From Sulfolobales archaeon (GTDB lineage: Archaea; Thermoproteota; Thermoprotei_A; Sulfolobales; NBVN01): 64,000 bases of DNA. Numbering within the stretch: position 1 is the first letter of the stretch; each line of letters opens with the position of its first letter. A program made the position numbers and the translations under genes. The notes under the pieces were generated by a model. It worked only from the letters and a program-made list of their open reading frames with translations. It was not told the DNA's origin and did not search any database. This document shows positions 32,158-42,339 of this stretch, piece by piece. Location: positions 12,300-76,299 of the forward strand of contig JAWBTQ010000006.1 in assembly GCA_038841535.1 (NCBI GenBank), written 5' to 3'.

Positions 32158-32763
32158 ATGACTTCGGACGGCTTGTTTGAAGAACTCTGCCAAGCTATGA
32201 GATACCTATACATTAAGGGTCTAATAACTGCTCTCAGCGGTAACGTTAGTGTTAAACTGGATGAAGCCAGGATAGCGATCACTCCCACAGGCAAAACGAA
32301 GTTCCTGCTGACCCCCCTTGATATATCTGTGGTATCGATGGACGGAAAACACTTGAGTGGTCCGAGACCCTCAGTTGAGACTGAGATGCATATTGGTATC
32401 TATTTAAGTTGCCCCGACTGCGGATCCGTAGTACACGCCCACGGACTGCTTTCTTCAGTACTAGCGGGATTTCTTAGTCCGGTGGAGGACTTAGAATTAA
32501 GAACGTTTGGGGTTAGAGTGTGTCAAGTTGACGAGCTGCCCCCCGGATCCAAAGAACTGGCTGGAGCTGTAAGTAGCGCTGTTGCTAGTGGTTGTAAAGC
32601 AGTAGTCTTGAAGAATCATGGAATAGTCGGTATAGGGAGAAATTTGGGAGAAGCACTTGAGATAGTAGAAGCCGTTGAAAACTCTTTCAAGAAGAGCCTA
32701 GTGCTCCACGTTTTGGATAGCCTAAGTAAGCAGAGTCTCCACTCCTCTAGGTTAAAACGGTAG
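32158..32763 (+). CDS. Class II aldolase/adducin family (FucA-like)
   Basis: GNVS, ITPTG, PSVETEMH, VVHAH, LKNHG. Confidence 0.9.
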   Translation: MTSDGLFEELCQAMRYLYIKGLITALSGNVSVKLDEARIAITPTGKTKFLLTPLDISVVSMDGKHLSGPRPSVETEMHIGIYLSCPDCGSVVHAHGLLSSVLAGFLSPVEDLELRTFGVRVCQVDELPPGSKELAGAVSSAVASGCKAVVLKNHGIVGIGRNLGEALEIVEAVENSFKKSLVLHVLDSLSKQSLHSSRLKR

Positions 32764-32787
32764 GTTCCCGATACTAGCTCACGAAGC

Positions 32788-34023
32788 TTACCGCTCACAG
32801 CGCGAGGGAGGAGATAAGATGACGCCCTGGGATTTAAGCTCTGCTACGAGGGCGCTTAAGCTATCTCTGTCCGGTAGCTCAAACACTAGCTCAACTAGAG
32901 CGTAGCCGGAAGGGATCTCTAGACCTATCCTCTCGTGTTTTATCTCTATGATATTGCATCTATACTTAGCTAAAACTCCTAGGGCTCTGTATAGAGCGCC
33001 CGGCACGTCCTCTAGCAGTAGAGAAAGTCTTGCCGCCCGCCCCTCGACGCTAAGACCCTTTAGAATTACTCTGTATATTGTAGTGAGGTCGGCATTTCCT
33101 CCACTAACTACAGCCACCACGTTCTTCTTCATACCATGTAGGAAACCACTTAGAATGGCTGCTAGTGGTAGAGCTCCGGCACCCTCAACTACTAGCTTAG
33201 CTCTCTCCATCAGCAAAAACATGGCCTGCGCTATAGAGCTCTCATCGACTAAAACGACGTCGTCTACTACCTCACTCATTAGCCTATAAGTTAACTCACC
33301 AACCGACTTCGTTACTACTCCATCAGCTAAGCTCGGTCTAACGGGTACTGGGATAGGCCCTCCGGAGACCCTGGCCTGATGGAACTTTGGGGCGTTCTCT
33401 GGTTCTACAGCCACTACCTTAACTCTATTCCCCCAGATCTTCTTGGCGGCTATAGCTATACCGGATATAAGTCCTCCACCACCGACTGGTACTAAGATAT
33501 AGTCAGCACCAGATAAGCTAGTAGCTATCTCGATGCCTATAGTTCCCTGGCCTGCTATGACGTATGGGTCGTCGAATGGGTGAACAAAGACGGCTCCAGT
33601 CTCCTTAGATATCTCCACAGCTTTCTCGTAAGCCTCATCATATATGTGTCCGCAGAGTATTACCCCAGCACCATACGATTTAGTTGCGTTAACTTTGTAC
33701 GGAGGCGTGTGTTCTGGCATTACGATAGTAGCTTTAACGCCTAACTCGGAAGCAGAGTAAGCAACTCCTTGAGCGTGATTTCCAGATGACGCTGCTACAA
33801 CACCAAACCTTTTACACTTATCCAATTCCGAAGAAATCTTAAAGTAAGCACCTCTAACTTTGAATGCGCCTGTCTTCTGGAGATTCTCTAGCTTTAAAAA
33901 GACGTTGTTGTCAGAAAGCTTAGAGAAGAACACCGAGTGAACTAAAGGTGTTCGGTGAATGACTCCTTCAACGACTTCATTAGCTCGCTTTGTTAGATTC
34001 CAGATCTCATCTAAAGCACTCAT
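32788..34023 (-). CDS. ilvA: Threonine ammonia-lyase with C-terminal ACT domain
   Basis: KLENLQKTGAFKVRG, SSGNHAQG, GGGGL, SGGN, DVPGAL. Confidence 0.93.
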   Translation of the reverse strand: MSALDEIWNLTKRANEVVEGVIHRTPLVHSVFFSKLSDNNVFLKLENLQKTGAFKVRGAYFKISSELDKCKRFGVVAASSGNHAQGVAYSASELGVKATIVMPEHTPPYKVNATKSYGAGVILCGHIYDEAYEKAVEISKETGAVFVHPFDDPYVIAGQGTIGIEIATSLSGADYILVPVGGGGLISGIAIAAKKIWGNRVKVVAVEPENAPKFHQARVSGGPIPVPVRPSLADGVVTKSVGELTYRLMSEVVDDVVLVDESSIAQAMFLLMERAKLVVEGAGALPLAAILSGFLHGMKKNVVAVVSGGNADLTTIYRVILKGLSVEGRAARLSLLLEDVPGALYRALGVLAKYRCNIIEIKHERIGLEIPSGYALVELVFELPDRDSLSALVAELKSQGVILSPPSRCER

Positions 34024-34083
34024 ACTTGCGCACCACGGTATTTAGTGCTTATAACTAATTAGCTAACATACCGCTAGGTATCG

Positions 34084-35079
34084 ATGTTTGAGCCCGACCT
34101 GACAGTGCTAGTGGTACTAACTGCCTCAACTAGCTACCTGCTATCTAGAGCTATCTATAGACTAGAGAAGAGATTTGGCTTTACTACAATAGACTTCCAC
34201 AAGCCAGAGAGGAGTGTCGTAGCCCGTTCGGGGGGTTTAGCCATAATGGCGTCTCTAGTCCTCGCCCTCCTATATTGGAGTGTCTCCGGCAAATTAAACA
34301 ACGTAGTCGTATTCTATATTCTCTCAGCTATACTAGCTGGGCTCATAGGCTTAGCTGACGATATCGTACACCTAGGCGTCAAGCTTAAACTCCTCCTTTT
34401 CTGCTTACCTGCTCTACCTCCAGTGCTCCTTCACCTCTACGACCCCCACCCTTACATACCGGGCATAGGGCACTTACGACTAACGATACTCTACCCACTA
34501 GGTGCTATAGCCGCATATGACGTTATGGCGAACGCGTTCAACATGAGTGATACACATAACGGATTAATAGTGTCAACTTTTCTGGTTTTTGCCTCCTCCG
34601 TATTGCTCTCAACAATTCTTCCAGGCCCCAACCCCATCGAAGGTTTTGAAACTCTACTCGCTATACTTTTATCCGTAATGGTGGGCTACCTACCAATCAA
34701 CATATACCCAGCAAAGATGTTAAACGGAAACTCGGGATCACATTTAATCGGGAGCCTCACAGCCGCCTTAATCTTAACATCTCGAAGGGAGTTCCTCTCG
34801 CTAATGCTCTTGGTGCCGCAAATACTAAACGGCTATTTTATCTTATCCACTACTGGTTTTAGAAGCAAGGAGTCTATAGAGAGACCCACAAAGCTTAAGA
34901 AAGGAGGTGTTATAGCCCCCAACTGTAACCCTAGGTCACCAATAACACTCGTGAAGCTATTTGTTGTGGAAAGAGAACTAGTTGAGCGCGAGCTAGTTAA
35001 GAAATACATAATCCTTCAGGTAGTAACTAGTGCCATCTCGCTTTCCCTCTACTGGGTGATAGCTTTAGCTAAATTCTAA
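34084..35079 (+). CDS. aglH: UDP-GlcNAc:dolichol-phosphate GlcNAc-1-P transferase (GT4/MraY family, AglH-like)
   Basis: IDFHKP, GLADD, NAFNMSDTHNGL, NIYPAK..GNSG. Confidence 0.82.
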   Translation: MFEPDLTVLVVLTASTSYLLSRAIYRLEKRFGFTTIDFHKPERSVVARSGGLAIMASLVLALLYWSVSGKLNNVVVFYILSAILAGLIGLADDIVHLGVKLKLLLFCLPALPPVLLHLYDPHPYIPGIGHLRLTILYPLGAIAAYDVMANAFNMSDTHNGLIVSTFLVFASSVLLSTILPGPNPIEGFETLLAILLSVMVGYLPINIYPAKMLNGNSGSHLIGSLTAALILTSRREFLSLMLLVPQILNGYFILSTTGFRSKESIERPTKLKKGGVIAPNCNPRSPITLVKLFVVERELVERELVKKYIILQVVTSAISLSLYWVIALAKF

Positions 35080-36046
35080 AACTCGAGATTTGAATAGTAT
35101 AGCCTAGCTCAGAGACCCTGCTAACCCAAGCATCACAGCTTACTCCAGCTCTGTTTAGGCTACTTAAAATGGCTCTCCTTGTAGCTTCAGCGACAGCGTA
35201 GTTATCAGTGAACCCGTAAATAGTTGGCCCCCAACTGCTTTGTCCTACTCCCCGCAAGCCATTTTCGTTCATAACCTTCGCTACTAAATCTCCGTATGGG
35301 TTGCTGAAGAACCCTCCTTGTGCTTGCGAGAAGTATTTACCAGCAACTCTTTGTATGAACTCAACACCTCGCACGAACAAATCTAACCTCTCCAATTTAG
35401 CTCCAGCCATAAGTTCTACTAAGGCTTTATACAGCTCACTCTGCTCGTCGACTGAAATAGGGTTGTCCATAAAGTTCCTCTCTTCGCTCTCTTTCAGTCC
35501 CTTGCCCTCAGGTATAGCGAGCACTACATACCAATATCGCGGGAATTTTATTAGAGCTAGAGGCTTGGGTATTCCACCATCACTAAGCTTAACTCCAGTA
35601 TCTACAGCTAATCCACCATAAACCAGGGTATAGTAGCCGACGCAGCTATATCTGCACCTACCTAACTTGATCAACAGTTCTTCAAGGTTTAAGTCCGTTA
35701 TCCTAAGAGTGATGGATGACGCTATCGCTGTAGCTAAGTAGATCCTCGTGAGAGAACCGAGACCTACGTGATGCTTTAAGTACCCCGATATCTCTAGTAT
35801 CCCACTAGCTAGGCCTAAACTCCTAGCTACCGCAACAACAGCTTCTCTAGCTTCGTCTGTAGGTACTTTAAGGTTTAGCTTTCCATCGTCGCTGGGAGCT
35901 GTGAGTTTTAGTTCCAAGTAGGGTTCTTCTAAGGCTATACCCATAGACCCGTATGCTATACCGCTATCTAGATACCTATAGAAACCTAAGTGAAGCCTAT
36001 ATCCAGCCTTCACAGCTATTTTCCAAGCACTCAATCTCGTACCCAA
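35069..36046 (-). CDS. mptG: Beta-RFAP synthase (GHMP family)
   Basis: RLHLGF, HVGLGS, GGLAVDTG, GQSSWGPT. Confidence 0.85.
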   Translation of the reverse strand: MGTRLSAWKIAVKAGYRLHLGFYRYLDSGIAYGSMGIALEEPYLELKLTAPSDDGKLNLKVPTDEAREAVVAVARSLGLASGILEISGYLKHHVGLGSLTRIYLATAIASSITLRITDLNLEELLIKLGRCRYSCVGYYTLVYGGLAVDTGVKLSDGGIPKPLALIKFPRYWYVVLAIPEGKGLKESEERNFMDNPISVDEQSELYKALVELMAGAKLERLDLFVRGVEFIQRVAGKYFSQAQGGFFSNPYGDLVAKVMNENGLRGVGQSSWGPTIYGFTDNYAVAEATRRAILSSLNRAGVSCDAWVSRVSELGYTIQISSFRI

Positions 36047-36707
36047 GATCTTTAAGTAGCAGGAGTAAAATCCTTGACCACGCTAGCTTAGCTAGCTTTA
36101 TAGTTGCATTAACTTGAACACCTGAAGGCTTTATCCATCTACCAACAGAACTGAAGTCGAAGCCGTATATGAACACTCTCTTAGCACCGTAGTAGTATGC
36201 GAGAAAGACTGCTCTGTCTCCATCTGTAAAACCTCCAGGAACTTCAACTCTATGAGAACATTTATACTGTGCCGTACCGATCAGTTGGCCCCCCACATAG
36301 GGAAGGAATCTCTCTAAGTACTCAACATTGTCGCCGTGAGCGTGAACTACGAATAGAGTATCTCTAGCTCTCAGAGAGCTCTCCGGTATACCATCTAAGT
36401 CTGTCGTAACTATATCTGGAACCACTCCTTCCTCTAGGCATTTCTCGAAGGCTGCGTCCGCAACCACTAAGACACCTCCTTGAGGTCTGGGACAGCCAGA
36501 GCCAGTAGAATCTCCGACTACTATAGCAGTTCTTCCCTGAAGAAGCTCTACTAAGCGCTTCTGGGATTCCGCAACTATACCCATCCTCGAAGATAAAAGT
36601 AGATCCAAGACACGACAAGAAAAATAGTCTCTGTCTCTATCAAACCCCAGGCTTGTGAGGATGCGATCGTAAACTCCCTCCCAAAACAGCGGGTCTTTAA
36701 GGTTCAA
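35997..36707 (-). CDS. mptE: 6-hydroxymethylpterin diphosphokinase (MptE-like)
   Basis: VADAA, VTTDLDG, VHAHGDN, GGFTDGDRA, GFDF, KL.W. Confidence 0.88.
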   Translation of the reverse strand: MNLKDPLFWEGVYDRILTSLGFDRDRDYFSCRVLDLLLSSRMGIVAESQKRLVELLQGRTAIVVGDSTGSGCPRPQGGVLVVADAAFEKCLEEGVVPDIVTTDLDGIPESSLRARDTLFVVHAHGDNVEYLERFLPYVGGQLIGTAQYKCSHRVEVPGGFTDGDRAVFLAYYYGAKRVFIYGFDFSSVGRWIKPSGVQVNATIKLAKLAWSRILLLLLKDLGYEIECLENSCEGWI

Positions 36708-37335
36708 CTATGGTCCCCCAGCTTCTCAACTCTTTGCACATACTCTCTGCGCACTCAATAAGCTCACCTGACCCAAGCTTTTTGACTATCGAGATACTGT
36801 ATTTTAAAGCACTTAACCACTCTCTAGCTTCTTCATCGAGCGAGCTGTCAACAAACCTGCGAGCCCGTAATTTAGTGAAATAAACTAGGGCTTCTATAAG
36901 CATTGAATTAGCTCTGCTATAAGAAAAGTACTCTCGAACTCCCTCATATACGTCTATAGTGCTCATAAACACTAACGCCCTTCGGTTTTCTAACACTATA
37001 CGCTTTGGTAGGGCTTCAACGTAGAGGTCTACATCCGCATCGAGGACGAAGGTAGACTCCCTTCTCCCGCGCTTAAATCGAAGTCTTAAAGGTCGCATGA
37101 CTACATCGCAAAACACTAGAGCATTATGAGTAAAAGCAAGAGAGACAGCAGAACCTGCTCGAATATTCCTATATGTCTTAGTGTTTATGTAAGGACGTAT
37201 GACTAAGTCGTCCTCCATTAATCTAACTCCCATTGCTGCCGCATGTGGTTCTCCAGTTCCTCCAACAGTAACAGCTATTGCTTCGTGGTGACCAAACCTT
37301 AGCACCTTCTCCAACAAGACGTGCTCGCTTTTCAT
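36697..37335 (-). CDS. DUF447-family protein (flavin-reductase-like, pterin-pathway associated)
   Basis: EAIAVT...PHAAAMG, TKTYRNI, SRA..LIEALV..TK. Confidence 0.75.
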   Translation of the reverse strand: MKSEHVLLEKVLRFGHHEAIAVTVGGTGEPHAAAMGVRLMEDDLVIRPYINTKTYRNIRAGSAVSLAFTHNALVFCDVVMRPLRLRFKRGRRESTFVLDADVDLYVEALPKRIVLENRRALVFMSTIDVYEGVREYFSYSRANSMLIEALVYFTKLRARRFVDSSLDEEAREWLSALKYSISIVKKLGSGELIECAESMCKELRSWGTIVEP

Positions 37336-37802
37336 AATAAAGCCTCCCCTAACACCTTTAAGTAATACTACTTCTTCCCTACGTGAAGAGCCAGGGTTTC
37401 CCTGGAGCTGTAGAACCTGAAGCCATATAAACAGCTAAAACCGAGTATAATACCCCACCCAGTCTTGAAAACGCCATCCCTGCTCTAAGTGCTCCGGAGG
37501 TCGAGAATGTACTCGTTAAGCCTAAGGTAAGATCAGCCCCCAAGTGATTCGAAGCCATCAACTCGCTCGAATCCATCACCAACTAAGAAACCCTGTAGGA
37601 ATTTAATAAACTTCTGCACCTTTATTCTATAATAGAAGAACGATGCGTCCGATCTAAACTAGCGTTATCTAATACATATTTCTTACTCTCAAGATTGGGG
37701 GCCGCGGTAGTTCATACGGCTTTAAATGCGAAAGATGAGTAGTGACAGTAAGTAATCCTTACCTAGCTAAGCCATCGATTTATTTAAACCTGAGGATGTA
37801 TT

Positions 37803-38219
37803 TTGAGGAGTGCAGAAGTGAAGAGGCTGGTTGTAGTTGATTCTAATAGATGTGTAGGTTGTGATTTATGTGTTTACGCTTGTACTAATAGATACGGTTA
37901 CACAGGCATCAATAAGTCAGCTATATACGTCAGGTCTGCTGGAGGTGTTGAAAGAGGTTTTGTTGTAGTAGTATGCAGAGCCTGCAAGGACCCACCATGT
38001 GCTAGGGCATGTCCTGTTAACGCACTTATACCAAGGCAGGGCGGTGGTGTAGTCCTGAACCCGAGTAAGTGCATTGGCTGTGGCTTCTGCATTAATGCTT
38101 GCGATATAGGTGCGGTAATGTGGGACTCTGAGTTCATGAAGCCTGTGATATGTACTCACTGCGGTTATTGTGTGGCTTTCTGTCCACATAGTGTTCTGTC
38201 TCTAGAAGAGGTGGGGTAG
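37803..38219 (+). CDS. Polyferredoxin (4x4Fe-4S) small subunit
   Basis: Four Cys clusters CxxCxxCxxxC / CxxCxxxxCxxxCP. Confidence 0.92.
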   Translation: MRSAEVKRLVVVDSNRCVGCDLCVYACTNRYGYTGINKSAIYVRSAGGVERGFVVVVCRACKDPPCARACPVNALIPRQGGGVVLNPSKCIGCGFCINACDIGAVMWDSEFMKPVICTHCGYCVAFCPHSVLSLEEVG

Positions 38220-38220
38220 G

Positions 38221-39996
38221 GTGGTTGACTGGGTGAAAACTCTCTCTAAAGTTCTCTACATAGATTTGGGTAGAAAGCTTTTCTGGGTCGAAAACAGAGA
38301 AGATCTCTTTAGCAAATGGTTGGGGGGCATAGGTGTCGCAATACAGCTATATAGAGAGGAAGTGCCGAAAGGGGTAGACCCGTTAGGACCTGAAAACACT
38401 GCGGTCTTCGCTGTTGGGCCTCTCACGGGTGTTTTCCCAATGGCCTCGAAGGTCGTTGCCGTCTTTAAATCCCCTCTTAATGGGTTTGTTGCCGAATCCC
38501 ATGGTGGCGGTAGGGCTGCTACTGCGATAAGATTTGCCGGTTATGGCGCTATAGTTATAAAAGGTGCGAGCGATATGCCTATCTACGCTGTAATAGATGA
38601 AGAGAAAGTAAGGTTTAGAGATGCTGGAGCACTGTGGGGTATGAGGAGTTCTGAGACTGTGGGTAGAGTTCTGCGAGAAGCTCTTCCAGGTGCTGGCTAC
38701 AGAACGATAATGAGGATAGGTAGAGCCGGTGAGAAACTCGTTAGATATTCTACTCTAACCGCTGAAACCTACAGACACTTTGGGAGGATGGGGCTTGGAG
38801 CAGTATTTGGTTCGAAGAAACTGAAAGCCCTTGTAGTAATAGGTAAAAAGGGGTTTAAGCTACCAGATATCAAAGCTTATAGGGAGATCTATAGGGAGCT
38901 ATACGAGTTAACTAGAGGACCTAGCACTAGGAAGTACCATGACCTAGGTACAGCAGCAAACGTAGTACCTCTAGATAAGTTGGGGGCACTACCTACGAGA
39001 AACTTTTCTAGTGGGAGGTTTGAGGGTGCGCGAGAGATCAGTGGTGAGAAGTTGGCAGAGGAAAGCCTCTCCAGAAGGCTGGCTTGTACTGCGTGTCCTG
39101 TAGCGTGTATTCACCTAGCTACCATAAGAGAGGAGTATGAAGACGAAAAGTACTTCTATAAGACGGAGTTCGTTCCATACGACCACGAACCAATATACTC
39201 TCTTGGAAGCAACTTAGGGATTAGCGATAGGTATGGTCTACTCAAACTAATCAAGGCTGTAGAGGATGAGGGACTGGACGCCATATCTACGGGTGTAGTT
39301 CTAGCGTGGGCGACAGAAGCCTTAGAAAGAGGAATAATCAACGTAAAAGAGACTCTGGTTGAGCTTAGATGGGGAAATTGGAGAAACTACGTTAAGGCAG
39401 TTAACTACATAGTGCTACAACCAAATGAGTTTTATAAATCTCTATCACTAGGTGTTGAAGAAGCTGCTTCTAAGTATGGTGGGCTAGAGTTTGCTCTTGC
39501 TTACAACAAGGTTGAGCCTGCAGGCTATCATACAGGACCCTTATTCCACGCTTCTCTAGCTATAGGGTTTAGGCACTCACATTTAGACTCTGGAGCTTAC
39601 AGCATCGACCAAAACCTCGTCGCTACTGGGGCCTCGTTGCCGAGCCCCGAAGATACTGCTAGACTAATCATAGGGGAAGAATCTTGGAGGCAGGTATTAA
39701 ATTCACTAGTAGTATGCCTCTTCGCTCGTAGTGTTTACACCGGAAAGACCATCGAGAAAGCTCTGAAAGCACTAGGTTACGATATCAATGAACAGACACT
39801 GGTGGATCTGGGCAAGCAGATATATTTAGTGAAGCATAAAATTAAGGTGCTTGAGGGATTTAAACCTGACGGACTGAGAATTCCCAGAAGATTTCTAGAG
39901 ACTCCTACTCCCCTAGGTCAAGTCTCAGAAGAGTATCTTAGAAAAATAATAGCCCACTACGCTAAGCTAGTGAGCGAGAACTCTGGGTATGGTTAA
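38221..39996 (+). CDS. Tungsten aldehyde:ferredoxin oxidoreductase family large subunit (GOR/XOR-like)
   Basis: KSPL...ESHGGG, GRMGLGAVFGSKKLKA, CTACPVAC, GLDAIS. Confidence 0.9.
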   Translation: MVDWVKTLSKVLYIDLGRKLFWVENREDLFSKWLGGIGVAIQLYREEVPKGVDPLGPENTAVFAVGPLTGVFPMASKVVAVFKSPLNGFVAESHGGGRAATAIRFAGYGAIVIKGASDMPIYAVIDEEKVRFRDAGALWGMRSSETVGRVLREALPGAGYRTIMRIGRAGEKLVRYSTLTAETYRHFGRMGLGAVFGSKKLKALVVIGKKGFKLPDIKAYREIYRELYELTRGPSTRKYHDLGTAANVVPLDKLGALPTRNFSSGRFEGAREISGEKLAEESLSRRLACTACPVACIHLATIREEYEDEKYFYKTEFVPYDHEPIYSLGSNLGISDRYGLLKLIKAVEDEGLDAISTGVVLAWATEALERGIINVKETLVELRWGNWRNYVKAVNYIVLQPNEFYKSLSLGVEEAASKYGGLEFALAYNKVEPAGYHTGPLFHASLAIGFRHSHLDSGAYSIDQNLVATGASLPSPEDTARLIIGEESWRQVLNSLVVCLFARSVYTGKTIEKALKALGYDINEQTLVDLGKQIYLVKHKIKVLEGFKPDGLRIPRRFLETPTPLGQVSEEYLRKIIAHYAKLVSENSGYG

Positions 39997-40037
39997 ATTA
40001 GCTGTGCGATGATGCTGACGCAGAGATATTAGCGCGC

Positions 40038-41447
40038 TCAGAATAGCTCAAGTTTGGCTGCCTTTCTAAAGGTTAGAAGAAGCTCGGGAGTTTTACGTAG
40101 TTCAACGTACTCACATACCTCGCTAGCGTTCCTTAAGACGCCGAGAGTGGAGATGCCTTCACCTATCTTTACAGAATTGAGATACTCTTCTACAACTTGA
40201 TGTGGTCGCGTGTACTTCCTTCTTCTTAAAGTAAATATCCGCCCGCTAGGACTTACGTAAGGACCGAGGTTTTTGTCGCTGAGAAAGTACTTCAGAGTGA
40301 AGGACTTGATATCAGTAACCTTCCCCAGTGGAGGACCGGGATGTACCTCGTAAGGAGGAAGCTCCTTGGGTAGCAAGGTAATCACGAGAAAAGCTTCAGA
40401 AAGTTCATCGCTCCATATCGAGTAGCTTACTACTGCAAAACCAGCTCTTTGCAAAAAACCGATTAGAGATTTCGTAACAGACCTCAGCTTACCCCATAGG
40501 ACATCGGGAACTACCTCACTAGCGAGCTTAAAGAGTACTCCAATGGCCTCACGCCCGGAATTTGTTATAGTGTGGCACATGTTTTTAACACTATCTAACT
40601 CGGGGGCTCGAACTCCAGATACTATTAGCTCCTTGGACGGTTTTTGTAAGAAGATCGATGAAGCCAGTACTACCCTAGCCAGAGACTCTGCTGATACAGC
40701 TGACGCCGCGTTTCTCTTCGGGTCGACGGGGTCCAAAACGATTAGAGGAGCCTTGAACACTTTTTTCAGACAGCTGCGGTTAATCTTAGTTGAGTCTTCA
40801 TCTATAACGACAACCTCACCAAAGCGCCATCCAGCGATATTCGCTATAGCGTTAAGAAAATTTCTGTACTTAATTGCGAGTAGTTCCGTAAGATATCCCG
40901 AGAAGCCTTCGACCTTTATTTCAGCTCCATAAACTCCCACGCTCCTAAAGAACGCTTTAAGTAGTCTAACCTCGTCTTTCATATCTTCAGTGAGCCTACT
41001 TAAAACGTACTTCGTGTGGAAAGGTGTTCTATCGACCGCAGTCTTAATTTCTGATATATCTTTAGCCCAATATGCAGGCACTATATCTATTTCATACTTC
41101 CCAAGACTTATGTATATGTATGGGTGAGTAGCGTACTTCAGTTTAACTCCTTTATAGAGATCCTTAAAGATGTCGAAGAGGGGTCTAATGACTTCGCTCT
41201 CAAGCCACTCCTTACTTATATCATCGTATCTTATGAGCAAGAAGACGTCTAAGTCTATCATGCCCCTCAGTTCCGTCCCTTTGGCTACAGATCCGTGCAA
41301 CTCTACAGTAAAATCGTAAGGTATATGAAGGGATCCTTCCACTAACCTCTTGACCTCCTCGAATATCCTCAGTGCCTCGTACCTCTCCTCTTCTTGAGGC
41401 TTTATTTCACTGATCGCTTCCTCTAATACTTTCTTAAGTTCCTCCAT
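40038..41447 (-). CDS. cca: CCA-adding enzyme (class I)
   Basis: GSVAKGT...DLDVF, YATHPY, DRTPFH, GFSGYL.E, DPVDP.RN. Confidence 0.96.
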   Translation of the reverse strand: MEELKKVLEEAISEIKPQEEERYEALRIFEEVKRLVEGSLHIPYDFTVELHGSVAKGTELRGMIDLDVFLLIRYDDISKEWLESEVIRPLFDIFKDLYKGVKLKYATHPYIYISLGKYEIDIVPAYWAKDISEIKTAVDRTPFHTKYVLSRLTEDMKDEVRLLKAFFRSVGVYGAEIKVEGFSGYLTELLAIKYRNFLNAIANIAGWRFGEVVVIDEDSTKINRSCLKKVFKAPLIVLDPVDPKRNAASAVSAESLARVVLASSIFLQKPSKELIVSGVRAPELDSVKNMCHTITNSGREAIGVLFKLASEVVPDVLWGKLRSVTKSLIGFLQRAGFAVVSYSIWSDELSEAFLVITLLPKELPPYEVHPGPPLGKVTDIKSFTLKYFLSDKNLGPYVSPSGRIFTLRRRKYTRPHQVVEEYLNSVKIGEGISTLGVLRNASEVCEYVELRKTPELLLTFRKAAKLELF

Positions 41448-42012
41448 CGTCTCTCAGCCTAAATACCACCACGTCGGTGTAGATCGGACCCTTCGGCGTC
41501 AGCTGGCTTCTCTTTAGCTTTACCTGAGTTACAGGACTTATACCGAAGTCTACGAACTCGTACCTCCTTAAGCATGTGGCTAAGCAATCTGGTTTGTACC
41601 TACCCTTAATTCTAGCGACAGTGATGTGAGGAATGAACTCCTCGTGGTCTTCCTTAGCGATGGTCTTTAGACAGCTTTCAAAAGAGTTTCGAATATTCTT
41701 GAGAACCTCTGCTCCATCTTTAACACCTACCCACACGACTCTTGGTTTAGCGGTGTTCGGAAAAGCTCCTGCTCCGTGTACGGATATATGGAACTTCTTG
41801 AAGTTTTCAACAACACGTAGACACCCTACTATCCTAGGGAGATAGGACTCGGAAACCTCACCTATGAACCTTAGGGTAATATGTATGTTCTCATCTTCTA
41901 CGGGTTTTATTCCGCTATCAATCGAACAAGAGGCTATAGCATCTCTAAACTCTATGATTCTTCTCCAAGACTCCGTGTTTTCTATCTCTACAGCTACGAA
42001 TAACCTAATCAC
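41434..42012 (-). CDS. thpR: RNA 2',3'-cyclic phosphodiesterase (2H family)
   Basis: RLFVA, HITLRF, HITVAR, GPIY; coupled to cca. Confidence 0.95.
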   Translation of the reverse strand: MIRLFVAVEIENTESWRRIIEFRDAIASCSIDSGIKPVEDENIHITLRFIGEVSESYLPRIVGCLRVVENFKKFHISVHGAGAFPNTAKPRVVWVGVKDGAEVLKNIRNSFESCLKTIAKEDHEEFIPHITVARIKGRYKPDCLATCLRRYEFVDFGISPVTQVKLKRSQLTPKGPIYTDVVVFRLRDDGGT

Positions 42013-42339
42013 ACTCTCACCACTTTATAAGTGACTCCAAAACTAAGTACAAGATAGTGCAATTCACTACACTCGCTGAGATTAGTCTACTCCAAAGCAC
42101 CTTTCTAGCGCCTACCAGAGTCATCATCAAGGATCAGTAAGTAGGAGGAATTATAAGTTAGCTATTAACTCCTAGATCCGAAAACTCTTAATCTAGAGTA
42201 GAATAGAGCTATGAAGGAAGATGGTCCCTCTTAATAGAGCTGGAAATTATCGGGTTCTAATGATTAAACAAGTGTTCTGAGTCTAGTGCTCCGTGTTTGC
42301 ATTAGTATGTCATTAAATTAAGGAACTTGAGCGAAAGAG

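Noticed and set aside
37379-37582. 67-aa minus-strand ORF upstream of DUF447
   Set aside because: No recognisable motif; may be spurious or a decayed fragment.
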